From Rebecca billardiae RCC1528 (taxonomy: Eukaryota; Protista; Haptophyta): a DNA stretch of 64,000 nt. This document shows, piece by piece, positions 24,792 through 37,000 of this stretch. A program made the position numbers and the translations under genes. Numbering within the stretch: the first letter of the stretch is position 1; each line of letters opens with the position of its first letter. The stretch lies in contig OZ251224.1 in assembly GCA_965240325.2 (NCBI GenBank), positions 248,001 through 312,000 on the forward strand. The letters are read 5' to 3'. The notes under the pieces were generated by a model. The model did no database searches. It was not told where the DNA came from and worked only from the letters and a program-made list of their open reading frames with translations.

Positions 24792-26187
24792 GTGGCGTTA
24801 TAGGGAACCTATAACTGAGTGTCTATGAGCGACGCCAAGAATCCGGCTCGCACGGCATTCCTGCGTTGTCCTGTGCGCACCGCCGCGCGCAGGAGTCCTG
24901 GTGCGCTGCCAATCTGGCCCACAGCGGCGCACCTGCAGGACTCGGTTGGTTACCGCTCACATCGGATCGATCAGGCTTCACTCTCGGGGGCGCCATGGGG
25001 CTGCTCACGACGAAGGCGCCGAGCTGGGCAAGGGAATCGCCTGCATCGGGCACTGCCGGGTGCACGCTCCGCTGCAGGAGGTGCACCGCAGTCGCCGCAG
25101 CCCCTCTGCTCGGTAAGGTCGCTGGCTGTCTGTGTGGCCCGGCTCCCCGCCTGATCGTTCGGCGGCGCGACGTCATCATCTGTCTTCGCCGCGTCGCCCC
25201 TCATGCAATGGTCTCTTGCTCTCGCCGCTGTCGCGTCAACCCGCACGCTTCATCGTTTGCCCGCCCGCCCCCCCTCGGCCTCTGGCGGATATGGAAGCAC
25301 TGCAGTGTCAGCGAGCCATCAGCCTTAATCGACCTTGCTCAGTGACTGACGACTCGCGGGCGCCCTCTCGACCTCGGGCAGCAGCTCAACCGCCACGCCG
25401 CTGCCAGCGCCCGCTGTCGTTCGTTGCTCAAATCCCAACATAGCTAACCTGATCGTTCCATGATTGATCATTGTGGTCTGTCTACTCCACGACGCCGCGC
25501 GCCGCGACCATCCTGCATCCAGCTCCAGAGTCCATTCGTACCCGACGCCTTGTACGAGCCGGGCATGGCGGAGTGGCTAGACATATATATATATATATAA
25601 TCATCAGTTAAGCTACACTGACGACTATGTCTATTGTATTCTGCGCGCCGGCCCGGAGAGTGAAGGACGCGAGATGCAGGCGGCGAGCCCGGCGCCGACT
25701 CCGACGAGGGCGAGTCAGCGGCCGCACCCGCGCCCGCGACCGCGCCCACGCCCGCGCCCACGACCCCGCTACTTCTCTCACGCGGCCCGACGGCTCGCGC
25801 TTGCACTGCCGCAGCAGCGCTGCTGCATCGTCTGCCAACGCTGCGACTGCGGCAGCCTCTCAGCGGCGAGCGGAAGAGCGGTGGCTGCCGCAGCGCAGTA
25901 GTCGGCTGCAAGCAGCTTATTCTGCGACGAGATCATGCCCAGACAGAGTCAAGCCGACCTCGTTGGGGTACTACCATACGTTCTGCCTTCGGAGCGGTGA
26001 ATAATATATACATTGCGCCGAAAAATAAAATAAATTAGGAATGGATATATATATATATCGTCCTTTATTAATTTGTTCGTCGTAGTCGGCCACTGGCCGA
26101 TGAACGGGCGAAAGTGGCCAGTTTGAAAGTGGGCATCCTGTGGCCGACGGGTTGGCCGACGCCCGTCGAGGCTTGATTCGCACACAG
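23579..26187. mobile_element. Non-autonomous TIR DNA transposon with 8-bp TSD (hAT-like), no transposase
   Basis: Left end CTATGTGCGAATCAAG; right end CTTGATTCGCACACAG (15/16 inverted match); identical CCCCCCGC at 23571-23578 and 26188-26195; multiple subterminal TGGCCGA motifs at both ends. Confidence 0.82.
23968..24020. repeat. (TA)n microsatellite (further tracts at 24759-24790, 25584-25598, 26045-26058)
   Basis: Directly visible. Confidence 0.95.
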
Positions 26188-26561
26188 CCCCCCGCCCGCC
26201 AGGGCACATTTTACATAGTTTACAAAAATAGAGTCTGAACCTATTCTATTGCCGGCCGTACTACTCAGTAGTAGTATTGGGAGGTGCGTCAGTCGGATGA
26301 GGCATTTCTCGTTGAAGTCCAATCGAATGAAATCGGGGGTCCGGAAGGGACTCTGCTGCAAAGTCCGCTTGGTTGACTTCGGCTCGGGGCCAAGACGTAA
26401 CGGAGCTGGGGGGGATGGACCGGAGCCGGAGCCCTTTGGGCTTCGTCGGACCGCCTCCGGCTCCTCGAGGCCCTCTGCTGGCGCGCGGCTCGCTCCGACG
26501 ACGCTCGTGGCAGCCCGGGCGCGGCAAACGACGCGGCCGCGCCGCGATCTCGGCGGCAGGA

Positions 26562-27662
26562 TCATTCGAGCGCCATCTCACCGAAGCGGTCGAGCGCTCG
26601 CACCGTCGCCAGCAGCGTCGCCGGCTCGGTGCCCGAGTGCCCCGCGTCCTGCGGGAACTCGAGCGTCGAGAGCGGCAGCCGGCGGTGCAGCTCGTACGCC
26701 ATGCGCGGCCGGCACACCATGTCGTACCGGCCGTGCACGATGGCGACGGGGATGTGGGCGATGCGCGGGCACTCGTCGAGCAGCTGGTCGTCGCGCTCGA
26801 ACCAGCCGCCGTGCATGAAGAAGTGCGCCTCGGCGCGCGCAAACGGCAGGATGAAGGCGGGGTCGGCGAGCTCGGTGTCGAGCTCCGCCTGCGAGAGCGG
26901 CTGCAGCCGCGAGATGGCCAGCTCCCAGCCCACAAAGTGCGCGGCGGCCTGCAGCTCGGTGGGCGCGTCGCCGCAGGTGAGCCGGCGGTAGTACGCCCCG
27001 AGCAGGTCGATGCGCTCGCCGTGCGGGATGATCGAGACGTACCGCTCGAATGCGTCCGGGAAGAAGTCGGACGCGCCCGCCTGGAAAAGCCACTGCATGT
27101 CCGGGCGCCCAAACAGGAAGACACCGCGGAGCACCATCGACTTGACGCGCTTCGGGTGGGCCTGCGCGTAGGCGAGCGCGAGCGTGGAGCCCCACGAGCC
27201 GCCATACACCGTGTGCCACGCGTCGATGCCGCCGAGGTGCGCGCGCAGCTGCTCGAGGTCGTCGACGAGGTGCCACGTCGTGTTGTTGCTCAGCGACGCG
27301 CTCGGACGCGACTTGCCCGCGCCGCGCTGGTCGAGCAGGACGATGCGGTAGGTGGCGGGGTCGAAGAAGCGGCGGTGGACGGGCGCGAAGCCCGCCGCTG
27401 GGCCGCCGTGCAGGAAGAGCGCCGGCTTGCCCTTCGGGTTGCCGCACTCCTCCCAGTACAGCTCGTGCTCGCCATCGGCCGTCTTCATCCACCCGGAGCG
27501 GTACGGCTCGATCGGCGGGTACAGCGGCGCGTCCGCCGGACGAGTCCGCGAGCTGGCCTCAGCCTCGACCGTACTGGCTGGCCACAGCGCCGCTGCCGCC
27601 GCTCGGGCGGCCACAGCCGCGGCTGCACCGCCGCCCATCCAGCGCAAAGCGCGGGACGCCAT
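26562..27662 (-). CDS. pip: Proline iminopeptidase (peptidase S33)
   Basis: LYPPIEPY, FLHGGP, LDQRGAGKSRP, GGSWGS nucleophile motif, HGRYDMVC, DAGHS. Confidence 0.96.
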   Translation of the reverse strand: MASRALRWMGGGAAAAVAARAAAAALWPASTVEAEASSRTRPADAPLYPPIEPYRSGWMKTADGEHELYWEECGNPKGKPALFLHGGPAAGFAPVHRRFFDPATYRIVLLDQRGAGKSRPSASLSNNTTWHLVDDLEQLRAHLGGIDAWHTVYGGSWGSTLALAYAQAHPKRVKSMVLRGVFLFGRPDMQWLFQAGASDFFPDAFERYVSIIPHGERIDLLGAYYRRLTCGDAPTELQAAAHFVGWELAISRLQPLSQAELDTELADPAFILPFARAEAHFFMHGGWFERDDQLLDECPRIAHIPVAIVHGRYDMVCRPRMAYELHRRLPLSTLEFPQDAGHSGTEPATLLATVRALDRFGEMALE

Positions 27663-27862
27663 CGTTACTGTACGTACGGCCGGCGCCGGGGTCCGAATGT
27701 CCGATCCGGAAATCCCAGGCCACCTGCCGGCGCCGTTTCAACTTTCGAGCGGCGCATTTCCAAAAAGCCGTCGAGCCGTCGTCGTCGCCCGCGGCGTCGT
27801 CATTCTTTCCAGCCGTCCAGTCGCCGCAAACCGCGAGCAGCCGCCCTTTGCGCCCGCCGGCC

Positions 27863-30414
27863 ATGGGAGCCTCGGAATCGACCACCGCCACGGCGGATGC
27901 GGCACCGGCGCAGCCGGAGCCGGCACAGCCGGCGAAGACGGAGGGTGGGGGTGGAAGGACGTACCGCTCGATGTTCAGATCCAACGAGCTCCAGGGCAAG
28001 AAGGACTCCCTGTCGCGCGACGTGTGCATCGTCTTCTCGCGAGCGAGCACGACGGTCGGCCCGGACGCGTCCGCAGAGCAGCTGGCCGAGGTGGAGAAGC
28101 TGCGCGATCGGCGGAACGACATCTTCTCGCGGCTGCGGGCGGCGGGCCTTGACCTGCGCGTGCGCCAGGGCAGCGGCGAGGGCTTCCAGGACAAGGTCTT
28201 TGTGCTGGTCGGCGCGCCCGAGGACAAGCTCGAGGTGATGGCCAACAAGATTGGGCTCGAGAAGGCGCTGAAGCCGGAGTTCGCGGACAAGACGGTGCCC
28301 ATCGAGAACCACACCGGCTACGCCGAGTACTCCACCGACACGCGCGAGCTCTTCCAGCCCGGGCCGGACACGTTCTTCACCTCGCTCGAGCGGCAGCGCA
28401 TGGTGTACCGGATGATGGAGGACAGGCCGGCCGCGGTCGACCTCGACCGGCTGGTGGTCGACCGCGTGTTCGACGACTACTTCTCGCTGCCGTCGCAGCG
28501 GCGGAAGCTGCACCTCATCCATACCTGGGTCGACGCGTCGCTCTTCACGCCCGCGCCCATCAACGACATCCGCGACTACTACGGCGAGAAGATTGCCTTC
28601 TACTTTGCGTGGCTGCAGCTGTACACCGTGTGGCTCGGCTGGGTGAGCGTGATCTCGCTGCTCTTCCTCGTGGTGCAGGCGGTGTGGGGCGTGCTGCGCC
28701 GCACCACGGACAACCCGGGCCTCCCGGCGTACGCCATCATCATCGTCATCGCCACGGTGGTCTTCACCGAGCTGTGGAAGCGGCGGCAGTCCGTGCTCGC
28801 GTTCACTTGGAACGTGCAGGACTTTGAGGAGGAGGAGCCGCCACGCCCCGAGTTCCTGCGCGCGAAGCGGATCCAGGAAGAGCCCGGCGTGTACAACGCG
28901 CGCGGGTTCGTCGCGATCAGCGAGGACGAGCTCAAGAACGCGCCGAGGGTGCTCGTCTTCCCGTACTGGGAGCACTTGAAGCGGCTGACTGTGGGGATCC
29001 TCGCGACTGCGCTCATGATTGCGTCCGCGCTCGTGGGCACGCTGCTCATCATGGCGCTCAAGCTGGCGCTCACCGAGGCGTGGCGCGAGCAGGACGGGTT
29101 CGAGGCGGCGGGCGGCGGGGAGAACGCCGCGGCGATCGTCGCCGCCACCGTCAACGGCGTGTTCATCACGGTGATGAACTACGTGTGGGCGTGGGTGTCG
29201 GTGCGGCTGAACGCGTGGGAGACACACCGCACGGACACGCAGTACGAGGACTCGCTCATCATCAAGACCTTTGCCTTCCAGTTCATCAACTCGTACATCT
29301 CGCTCTTCTACATCGCGTACATCCAGGCCGGCGGCCTCCCGCTCTTCGGCTTCAAGTGCGCGCTCGGACGCCCGCCGGGTGTTGCGGCTGGCTGCGGTGT
29401 GACGCCCCGCAGCTCACGCCGCCGCGCCGCCGCATGCCGCCGTGCCCCGCGCGCCCCGCGCACTCGCGCGCACTCGCGCGCGCAGGGACGAGAGCGGCGA
29501 GCTGCTCTTCGACTCGTGCCCGCCCGGGGGCTGCATGGACCTGCTCTTCATCCAGCTCGCGCTGCTGGTCACCTCGAAGCAGGTCTCACGCTTCGTCTTC
29601 TCGCTCGGCCCCGCGCTGTACAGCAAGTACCGCTTCATGCAGCTCAAGAGGGGCTACTTCTCAGACGGCAAGGTGACCCAGCTGCAGATGGTGCAGCTCG
29701 AGTCCACGCTCTCGCACTACCCGGGCACCTTCGAGGTGCGCGCAGCGCCCCTGCAGCCGCCGCGCCGCGCCGCGGTGCCTCACGCGCGTTTGCGCGCCGC
29801 GCCCTCGGCCGCAGGAGTACTCGGAGATGGCGATCCAGTTTGGGTACGTCACGCTGTTTGCGGCCGCGTTCCCGCTCGGCGCTGTGATCTGCTGGGCGAG
29901 CAACCTCGCCGAGCGCAAGTCGGACGCGGCGAAGCTCGTGCACCTGAGCCGACGGCCGCGGTACCGCGGCGCGGAGGACATCGGCACGTGGGAGCACATC
30001 TTCGAGCTCATCTCCAAGATCTCCGTGATCACCAACGCGCTGATCCTCATCTTCACCTCCAACTTCACGAGCGGGACGCTCGTGGGCGCGTTCGGCTCCA
30101 AGCAGAGCGCGATCATCTTCCTGATCATCATCGAGCACGTCGTCTTCGCCGCGCAGGCGCTGATCGCCTTCCTCGTGCCCGACACGCCCTACTGGGTCGA
30201 CGCGGCGAAGACGCGGCACGACATCTTCCTCGAGCAGAAGACCAAGATCGCGGACAGGCAGCGCGAGCTGCAGCAGCAGGAGGCGTACACACTCATCCGC
30301 GTCGACTCAGACGCCGACGACGGCTCAGACTCGGACGACGAGGCGACGTGGCAGCCGCCGGGCGCAGGGGAGCCCATCGCGCCGGCGGGCTCGGGCGCGC
30401 CCACGAGGGTGTGA
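27863..30414 (+). CDS. Anoctamin/TMEM16 family channel/scramblase (3 exons)
   Basis: PINDIRDYYGEKIAFYFAWL, ETHRTDTQYEDSLIIKTFAFQFINSYISLFYIAY, EYSEMAIQFGYVTLFAAAFPL, DIGTW; introns 29356-29485 and 29736-29814. Confidence 0.95.
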
Positions 30415-31016
30415 TCTGCGCACGCCCGCCATGCAGATGCCAGCCGGTCGTCTCATCGCGCCATCCGCAGAGCCCAACAGCACCAAACGAAGAACTGAGC
30501 GAGGCTGTCGCTCGCAGTCCGGCCTGTGGGCATCACATCGCGGATCCACAAACGGCCACTGGGTCGTGCGGCCTGCGGGCTGCAGTGGGGCCCCGTGCAT
30601 GCAGGCCTCCGGGGCCGGGCCTCTGGGCCGTGCGGCTGCGCGGCGGCGCGCTGCCACACACGGCGGCGGCGGTCGATGTGCGGCATGCGCGCCGTGTCAG
30701 GCGGCCCCGCCGGTCGCAGGCCTGCTCGGCCGGTCAGGCTGCGCGCGGTCTGCCACTGGGACCGCCGGGTCCGCAGAGACTTTTTTGATCAACCGACTGA
30801 GGCAGCTGATGGTGGTCTATTCTGAGAGCGGTCATCTCGAGACTCGAGGCAGCTTGCTGCCACCTGCCAGGCGCATCCGATTCCAAGTGCAAGCGCCCAC
30901 TCGGCACTCAGTCTCACGCCCTGAATTGCTGCGAGCCGCCATGCTGAATACTGATGTGAGATACAATACTCAATAGGCCAATTGTCTATTGATCGAGCCG
31001 CATTCATGATGATTTC

Positions 31017-32030
31017 ATGCTGCGAGCCGCTCTACTAGCGGCCGTACTAGCACGAACTGCTCTCCGCCGCATCCGCGAAGTCGGGCACATGAGCGGGTCG
31101 CTCGACCTCCTCGCCGTCGCGGCATTCACTGGCTTCGTGCAGATCGGCGTGTGGGTTCTCGTCCCCGTGTTCACGCTGGTCGCGTTTAAGCTCAACTTCT
31201 ATTGGGCCTCCGCCTTCTTCGCGCTGTACGCCATCTCGTACCTCGACGGCGCCGAGTTCAAGGTGGCGAGGAATCGCACGTGGCCGCAGTTCTCGCGCCG
31301 GTTCTGGCTGTTCACGTTCTTCCGCCGCGCATACCAGCAGCGCGTGCACCTGCCCCCGGGCTTCAACCCGCCCCAGTTCATCCTCGCCTTGCACCCGCAC
31401 GGCGCGATGGCCGACTTCCGCGTGCTGCTGGACGGGCAGCTGCTCGAGCTGCTCGGCGACGCGTCGGGCAAGGTGCGCTGGCTTGCGGCGTCGGTGCTCT
31501 TCCGGCTGCCCATCGTGCGCGAGCTTTGCCTTTGGACCGGCTGCGTCGACGCACGCCGGCAGGTCGCCGAGCAGGTGCTCGCACGCGGCCTCTCGATCGG
31601 CGTGCTGCCGGGCGGCGAGTTGGAGCAGGTGCAGACGCAGTACGGCCGCGAGGCGGTCTACCTCAAGAAGCGCCTGGGCTTCGTCAAGCTCGCGCTGCGG
31701 TACGGCGTGCCGCTGGTGCCAGCGTATGTCTTCGGCTGCGTCGACCTGTACAAGACGTCGAAGTGGCTCTACTCCGCGCGTCTTGCGCTCGTGCGCACGC
31801 TGGGCGTGGCGATCCCGCTCTGCTGGGGCGCGTTTGGGCTGCCGCTCACGCCGCTGCGCCAGCCGGTCAACGTGGTGATCGGCGAGCCCCTCGACGTGGG
31901 GCACCGTCCGCAGCCGACCGACGAGGAGGTGGTCGCGGCGCACGCCAAGTACATGCGGGCGCTTCAGCAGCTCTTCGACGCGAACAAGGGCAAGTTCGGC
32001 TGCGCCGATCGCACGTTAGAGGTGGGCTAA
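31017..32030 (+). CDS. DGAT2: Diacylglycerol/monoacylglycerol acyltransferase, DGAT2 family
   Basis: HPHG catalytic motif, VLPGG..E, RLGFVKLALRYGVPLVPAYVFG, VVIGEP; start could also be 31005 or 31089. Confidence 0.92.
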   Translation: MLRAALLAAVLARTALRRIREVGHMSGSLDLLAVAAFTGFVQIGVWVLVPVFTLVAFKLNFYWASAFFALYAISYLDGAEFKVARNRTWPQFSRRFWLFTFFRRAYQQRVHLPPGFNPPQFILALHPHGAMADFRVLLDGQLLELLGDASGKVRWLAASVLFRLPIVRELCLWTGCVDARRQVAEQVLARGLSIGVLPGGELEQVQTQYGREAVYLKKRLGFVKLALRYGVPLVPAYVFGCVDLYKTSKWLYSARLALVRTLGVAIPLCWGAFGLPLTPLRQPVNVVIGEPLDVGHRPQPTDEEVVAAHAKYMRALQQLFDANKGKFGCADRTLEVG

Positions 32031-32475
32031 TAATGCCATTTGCACTGGTATGGCACCCCGGATGCGACTGGCGCAAGCCAAGCCGGGTCGGACAGGTGCG
32101 CGGCCGCGAGGATCGTGTCCTTACGCGCGCGCATGGCGGGCAGGCGCGTCTCGATCCGCGGGCCGTCCGCCCACTTCTTTCGCACCGCCGCCAAAGCGTT
32201 CGAGTGCCACAATCGCCGGCGCAGGCCACGCAAGCCAGGGCGCGGTGACCCGCGCTCGTGCGTGCACTGCAGATACGGATCACGAGCGTGGCTGAAGATG
32301 TCACGGAAGAGCTGGCTCACCGCGACGCGCAGCGGGCCGCCGGGCGGTGGCGGCGCCGGAGCGGAGTAGGCGACACCGCTGCCAGCGCGAGCAGATTCGC
32401 GAGCCGTTGTTGCATGCGGGCGGGAAGAATTAGAAGGCTGCATATGGAAGTCACCACGCTACGAGTCCTTCCACG

Positions 32476-34050
32476 ATGACGATGGAACACGCCTTCCCCA
32501 GGCTCTACGACGACGTCTCTCTCCAGCGGACCCTTAGGGGCCTCGCGTGGAACGCATCAAACAACGCACCACTTACGCAAACGCAGCGCATAATCCGCAT
32601 CAATAGGGTGTTCACGCCCAGCGCGCATCTCTCGCGAAAACAAGCACGAGAACAGCACCGCTACCGCAACATGAAACGCACTTCGACAGCACCTCTTGGC
32701 CCTCGGGCGCAAGCGCACACATCGGCAACGAGATCTCGGCAGAGAGGAGCGGTGAGACAGCATTACCAGAAGCACCCCCCCTCCCAGCGAACAGCGCACC
32801 TCAACACACATGCGCCCTCCCAACAGGAGCAGCAACTCCAGACCAACCACGTGCCCGACACCGACCCGCCGCCAGAGGACGACCTTCCAGGCGCAGAGGG
32901 AGAGCGATGGGTGCTAGTGCGCAGCGGCTCCCGGCACGACACGGTGCGTCGCACACACATACCCCCCGCGACATGCCCCGCCGTCTCTCCCATCGGGGAC
33001 TTAGCCGCGCCGGGCGAGCGTAAATCGCGCGTGGGCGGCCGTTTCGCGCCATTAGCGGCTTTTGCGCCAGAAACGCTCACCGCTAACCCGGACGGGCCGG
33101 CGAAATGCGCGGACGAAAGTCCGGAGCACCGGGCGCGCGCGCCGGATTTGCCGGGCCGGGCGGAGGCGAGGCGTAAAAACCCACCGCCGGTCGCGGGCGT
33201 CGCCAGAACGACGATGGCTGCGACGCAACCGCGACGCCCTGCGCCCGAGGCACTGGCCCGCGGAATGGCTGGCTCGACCGACGGGCCTACCGAGCAGGCG
33301 GGGACCGTGCGGCCGCGAGAGATGGGGAAGGAGAGAGCGCAACCGCAGGCGCAGCGGCAGCGCGTAGACGGCCAGCACGCTGGCGGCTCGATGGAAGATG
33401 CGCCGCGCGGGGCGGTGAAGCTCGAGGACGCTGTGAACAGGAACAACCGCTCAAAGCCCCCCGGGACATGGCAGGCAGCTGCCCGGGGTCCCAGCTGTCT
33501 GAAAGTGCCGAACCGGCCCAGCAGTACCAGGACAGCTGGGAACTACTGCCCTGGCTGGACGCAGCCCCGCAAACACACCCGTGCGCTCAGGTTCGTACTA
33601 ATGTGCAGCACCAGAGCACGTTCACGCACCTGCCCTGCGCATCTGCGACGGGCCGGACGACTGCGAAAAGGCAGCACTAGTAGTAGTAGGAGGAAGAGTA
33701 GGAGGAAGACTTGCAGGCATCGAAATCGTCACATCGCCCAAGCCCGGCCGGCACCAGGTGCATCGGTCGATCCATCAAGATTGCCCAGGCAGCGGCCTAA
33801 GGGCAACACAGCACCACCAACAGCAAGGCATGTGCCACTGCGCCGCACTATGCCCTACCACCGGACAGCACTGCCGGTAACCAGGCGTACAGTGCTGGCC
33901 TATGGGCGCAAGCTTCTGCAGCACACCGCCAGCAGGGTAGCAGTGCTCTCACAGCCCAGCAGACCAGGCCACGCGGACGCGCAGTGCGCCCAGCCCCCAT
34001 ACCACAACAGTGATCGGCAGCAGCCCACACCCCGACCGGTGCCAAAATGA
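32476..34050 (+). CDS. Retrotransposon ORF1 (basic, low-complexity; no domain recognised)
   Basis: 524-aa ORF directly upstream of ORF2; its TGA overlaps the ORF2 ATG (ATGA at 34047-34050). Confidence 0.55.
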   Translation: MTMEHAFPRLYDDVSLQRTLRGLAWNASNNAPLTQTQRIIRINRVFTPSAHLSRKQAREQHRYRNMKRTSTAPLGPRAQAHTSATRSRQRGAVRQHYQKHPPSQRTAHLNTHAPSQQEQQLQTNHVPDTDPPPEDDLPGAEGERWVLVRSGSRHDTVRRTHIPPATCPAVSPIGDLAAPGERKSRVGGRFAPLAAFAPETLTANPDGPAKCADESPEHRARAPDLPGRAEARRKNPPPVAGVARTTMAATQPRRPAPEALARGMAGSTDGPTEQAGTVRPREMGKERAQPQAQRQRVDGQHAGGSMEDAPRGAVKLEDAVNRNNRSKPPGTWQAAARGPSCLKVPNRPSSTRTAGNYCPGWTQPRKHTRALRFVLMCSTRARSRTCPAHLRRAGRLRKGSTSSSRRKSRRKTCRHRNRHIAQARPAPGASVDPSRLPRQRPKGNTAPPTARHVPLRRTMPYHRTALPVTRRTVLAYGRKLLQHTASRVAVLSQPSRPGHADAQCAQPPYHNSDRQQPTPRPVPK

Positions 34051-37000
34051 TTCAGGGGCATCGCCAGGCTGGCACTGCCAGGCAGACAAGTGAGCAAGCT
34101 GCAGCGGGAAGGCCACAGGCGAGGGGCCCAGGCAACAGGGCTGAGGAACGTTCGCTCACAATCGCCTGTGGGAACGTAGGGGGCATGGCAGGCTTGACAC
34201 GCAGGGCAAGACTGCAGAGCATCCTGGACACCAAGCGCTGGGACATTGTTCTGCTCCAAGAGACCGCGCTCACTAGAGACAAAGCCACTCAGGACATCCT
34301 TAGTGGCTATACGACCTACCACGACCCAATGCCCCCCAACTCGTGCTCAGGCAGAGGAGTGGCAATAGCAGTGCGGAAGGATGGCAGGCTGCCTCTCTCC
34401 AGGCTGGAGGTGACCCGCAGCGGCACTGAAGGCGGCCAGGACACTGCCGGATACATGCTCCAGGGGCGCCTGGTTTTCACCACCGCCAGGGGTACCAGCT
34501 TTGTGGTGGAGGCCACATCCTTCTACATCCCCCCTCACAGTAACCGCAACAGAGCAACTATACTGCCATGGGTAACAGAAGTCCTCCGCACGGGCACCCC
34601 GCTACACACGGGCCGACAAGATCTCCTCAGGCTTGCAGGAGGGGACGCCAATGGCACTTGGGAGGTCGGCGAGGCACTTAGGCGGCTCGACACAACACGC
34701 GCGTTCACCGCTCACCGACCAGGGGATTTCAAAGCGGCCATGGAGACAGTGACTGACCTTCACAACATGAAACCAACCGGCAGTTTCAACCCTGCCACAG
34801 AATACACCCACTCGAGTGGCAACACCCTGGCCCGACTGGACTACATATTCACCAACATGGCAGAGCTAACGCAACACTTTTGGCACTCGGACCCTCTCCT
34901 GGAGGACGCATGCATCCCTGCGCTCCCCAACGGGGACGGGAGCACCCACCATTTTCTCCAGGGTAGAATCCCACTGCACAAGCTGCGGGGGGCCACCAGG
35001 CCGGTGGTCCACGAGCTCTACAGGCCATACAGGTTCTACATCAACCTGGCACACGGAGAGACGGTCAAGGAACTCAAAGCCGCACTATCCGACCCCGTAG
35101 AGAGCGACATCAGGCGGCTGGACGACGTCCACACCCATGCACACCTGTTCGCAGCCCCAGTTGCGACGATTACTGCAGCTCAGCCACAAGTGGTGAGCGA
35201 CATGGAGGAAGCCCTCCCTGCCGTCCTGGAGTGGCTCGCCTCCGTAGCAACTGACAGAGTCACGTCTGCACTCGACTCCAGCCAGCAGCCACGGGAGACC
35301 ACAGTAGCCCCTGGCAGGCGGGCCCCCAAAGCGATCGCGCCGAATGCCCTCAGGGATTTCAAACTGGGGAATGCGTACCGCCGCCAGGTCGCAGTGATCA
35401 CCAGGCTGCAGCAAATCCGCCCAGGTGCTAGCGAGCAGCATGGGGAAGTGCACACAGGCTTCAGGTACAGCAGCCACAGCAGGCATGGGCGACTTGCGGA
35501 GCCGGTGCGCCTGGCAAAAGCACTGGACAGTTATGAATCGGCACTGACTACCGCAAACGTCCCCCCTGAGGGTATGCCCCAGCTGCCCGGCTTGCCTTTC
35601 CCCACCCTGGAGGCCATCTACCAGGCTGGGCCCGCCTCGACAGCACAGTGGCTGTCGGAACTGAAAGCACGACAAGCCTTGCACCAAAATGAATACGAGC
35701 TCCTGCAGCGCGAGCACGAGGACACTCTTGCCAAGGACAGGACGAGAAAAATCCAAGACGACATGCGGAGGAAATGCACCCGCCACTTTCGCAAAATGCT
35801 CTTCCCCAAATCAAACCATGCTGGATTCGAGATGATGATGCTCAATGACCTGGACGCTGGCAGTGGGAAAATTACCTCCGACCCAAGCAAAATCAAACGC
35901 TACGCAGAGGCGCACACGGCGAACAACGTGGGGACAGCGCCGAGCTGCAGGCAGGGGCCTGCCATTGAGGATACAAATGAAGCAGTCTGGGAAGAGATCC
36001 GAAGCAGATGGACTCCGGCCCAGCGAGCGCTGGAAAGCTCCCTGCTGGACCTGGAAGGCCTGCGCTCCCTCCTGGCAAAAGCTGACTCGAACGCTGCCCC
36101 TGGTTTGGACGGGATCCAAGTATGCGCGTTGAAACTCTTGATAAAGATCAACAAAGCCTTTGAAGGCATCTTGGTCAACATCGTCAACACAATCCTCCGC
36201 GCAGCGGCTGTACCAGCCCACCTCAAAGACGCAGAGCTTGCCTACTTCTACAAAGGCAAAGGGGACCCTCACGATCTGAACAATTATAGGGGAGTGGCAC
36301 TCCAAAGCACTGTGTACAAACTGGCGGCAGCACACAGGGCGAGATGCATCCAGTCGATCTGTGACCAGCTGGGTCTGATCTCGCCGGAACAAGCGGCAGC
36401 GAGCAAGCACGGGCAGCCGGAGCTCCAAGTGGCGGCACTGGTGGCAGCCATGACCCATGCCAAGGCCAGTTCTGCCGAGATCCACGTCACTACATGTGAT
36501 ATAAGCAAGGCCTTTGACAGAGTGCCCCATGAGTCGCTGAGGAAGGCCCTTTTCCTGCACGGCTTCTCCGCCCAACTAATTGATGAACTTGACCGACTGG
36601 ACGCTCACTCTGTGGCCACCACCAGGACCCCCTATGGCCACACTGACAAAGTGCCGATACTGCGTGGGTGCAAGCAAGGCTGCCCGCTAAGTCCCATAAA
36701 ATTCTGTCTCTTCATGAACATGTTCATTGCGTCCTACTCAGCCAGCCACCCTGACCATGGATACTCGTTTCCAGCAGCCAGGCATGACGCTGGCGCAGGA
36801 GACTCCCTGAAGGTGCGCATCTTGGGGTACATGGACGACATAGCTTTCCTTGCAGAGTCAGAGACGGACAGCGCCGCCCAAGTGCGCGCACTGGGACTAT
36901 TCCTCAGCGCTCACGGCATGGCACTCAACCCCTCGAAGTGTGTGCACGCAAAGAAAGGAAGGGGCAGAGGGGCGCACGGCGTGCCTCCTCTGCCCCCCCT

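Noticed and set aside
32420-32435. AGAATT(AG) at the 5' edge matching TAGAATT at ~41711 as the retroelement TSD
   Set aside because: A match of only 6 bp with uncertain boundaries; not distinguishable from chance.
32027-32443. Minus-strand ORF as a host gene interrupted by the retroelement
   Set aside because: No recognisable domain, and no continuation found beyond the element's 3' side.
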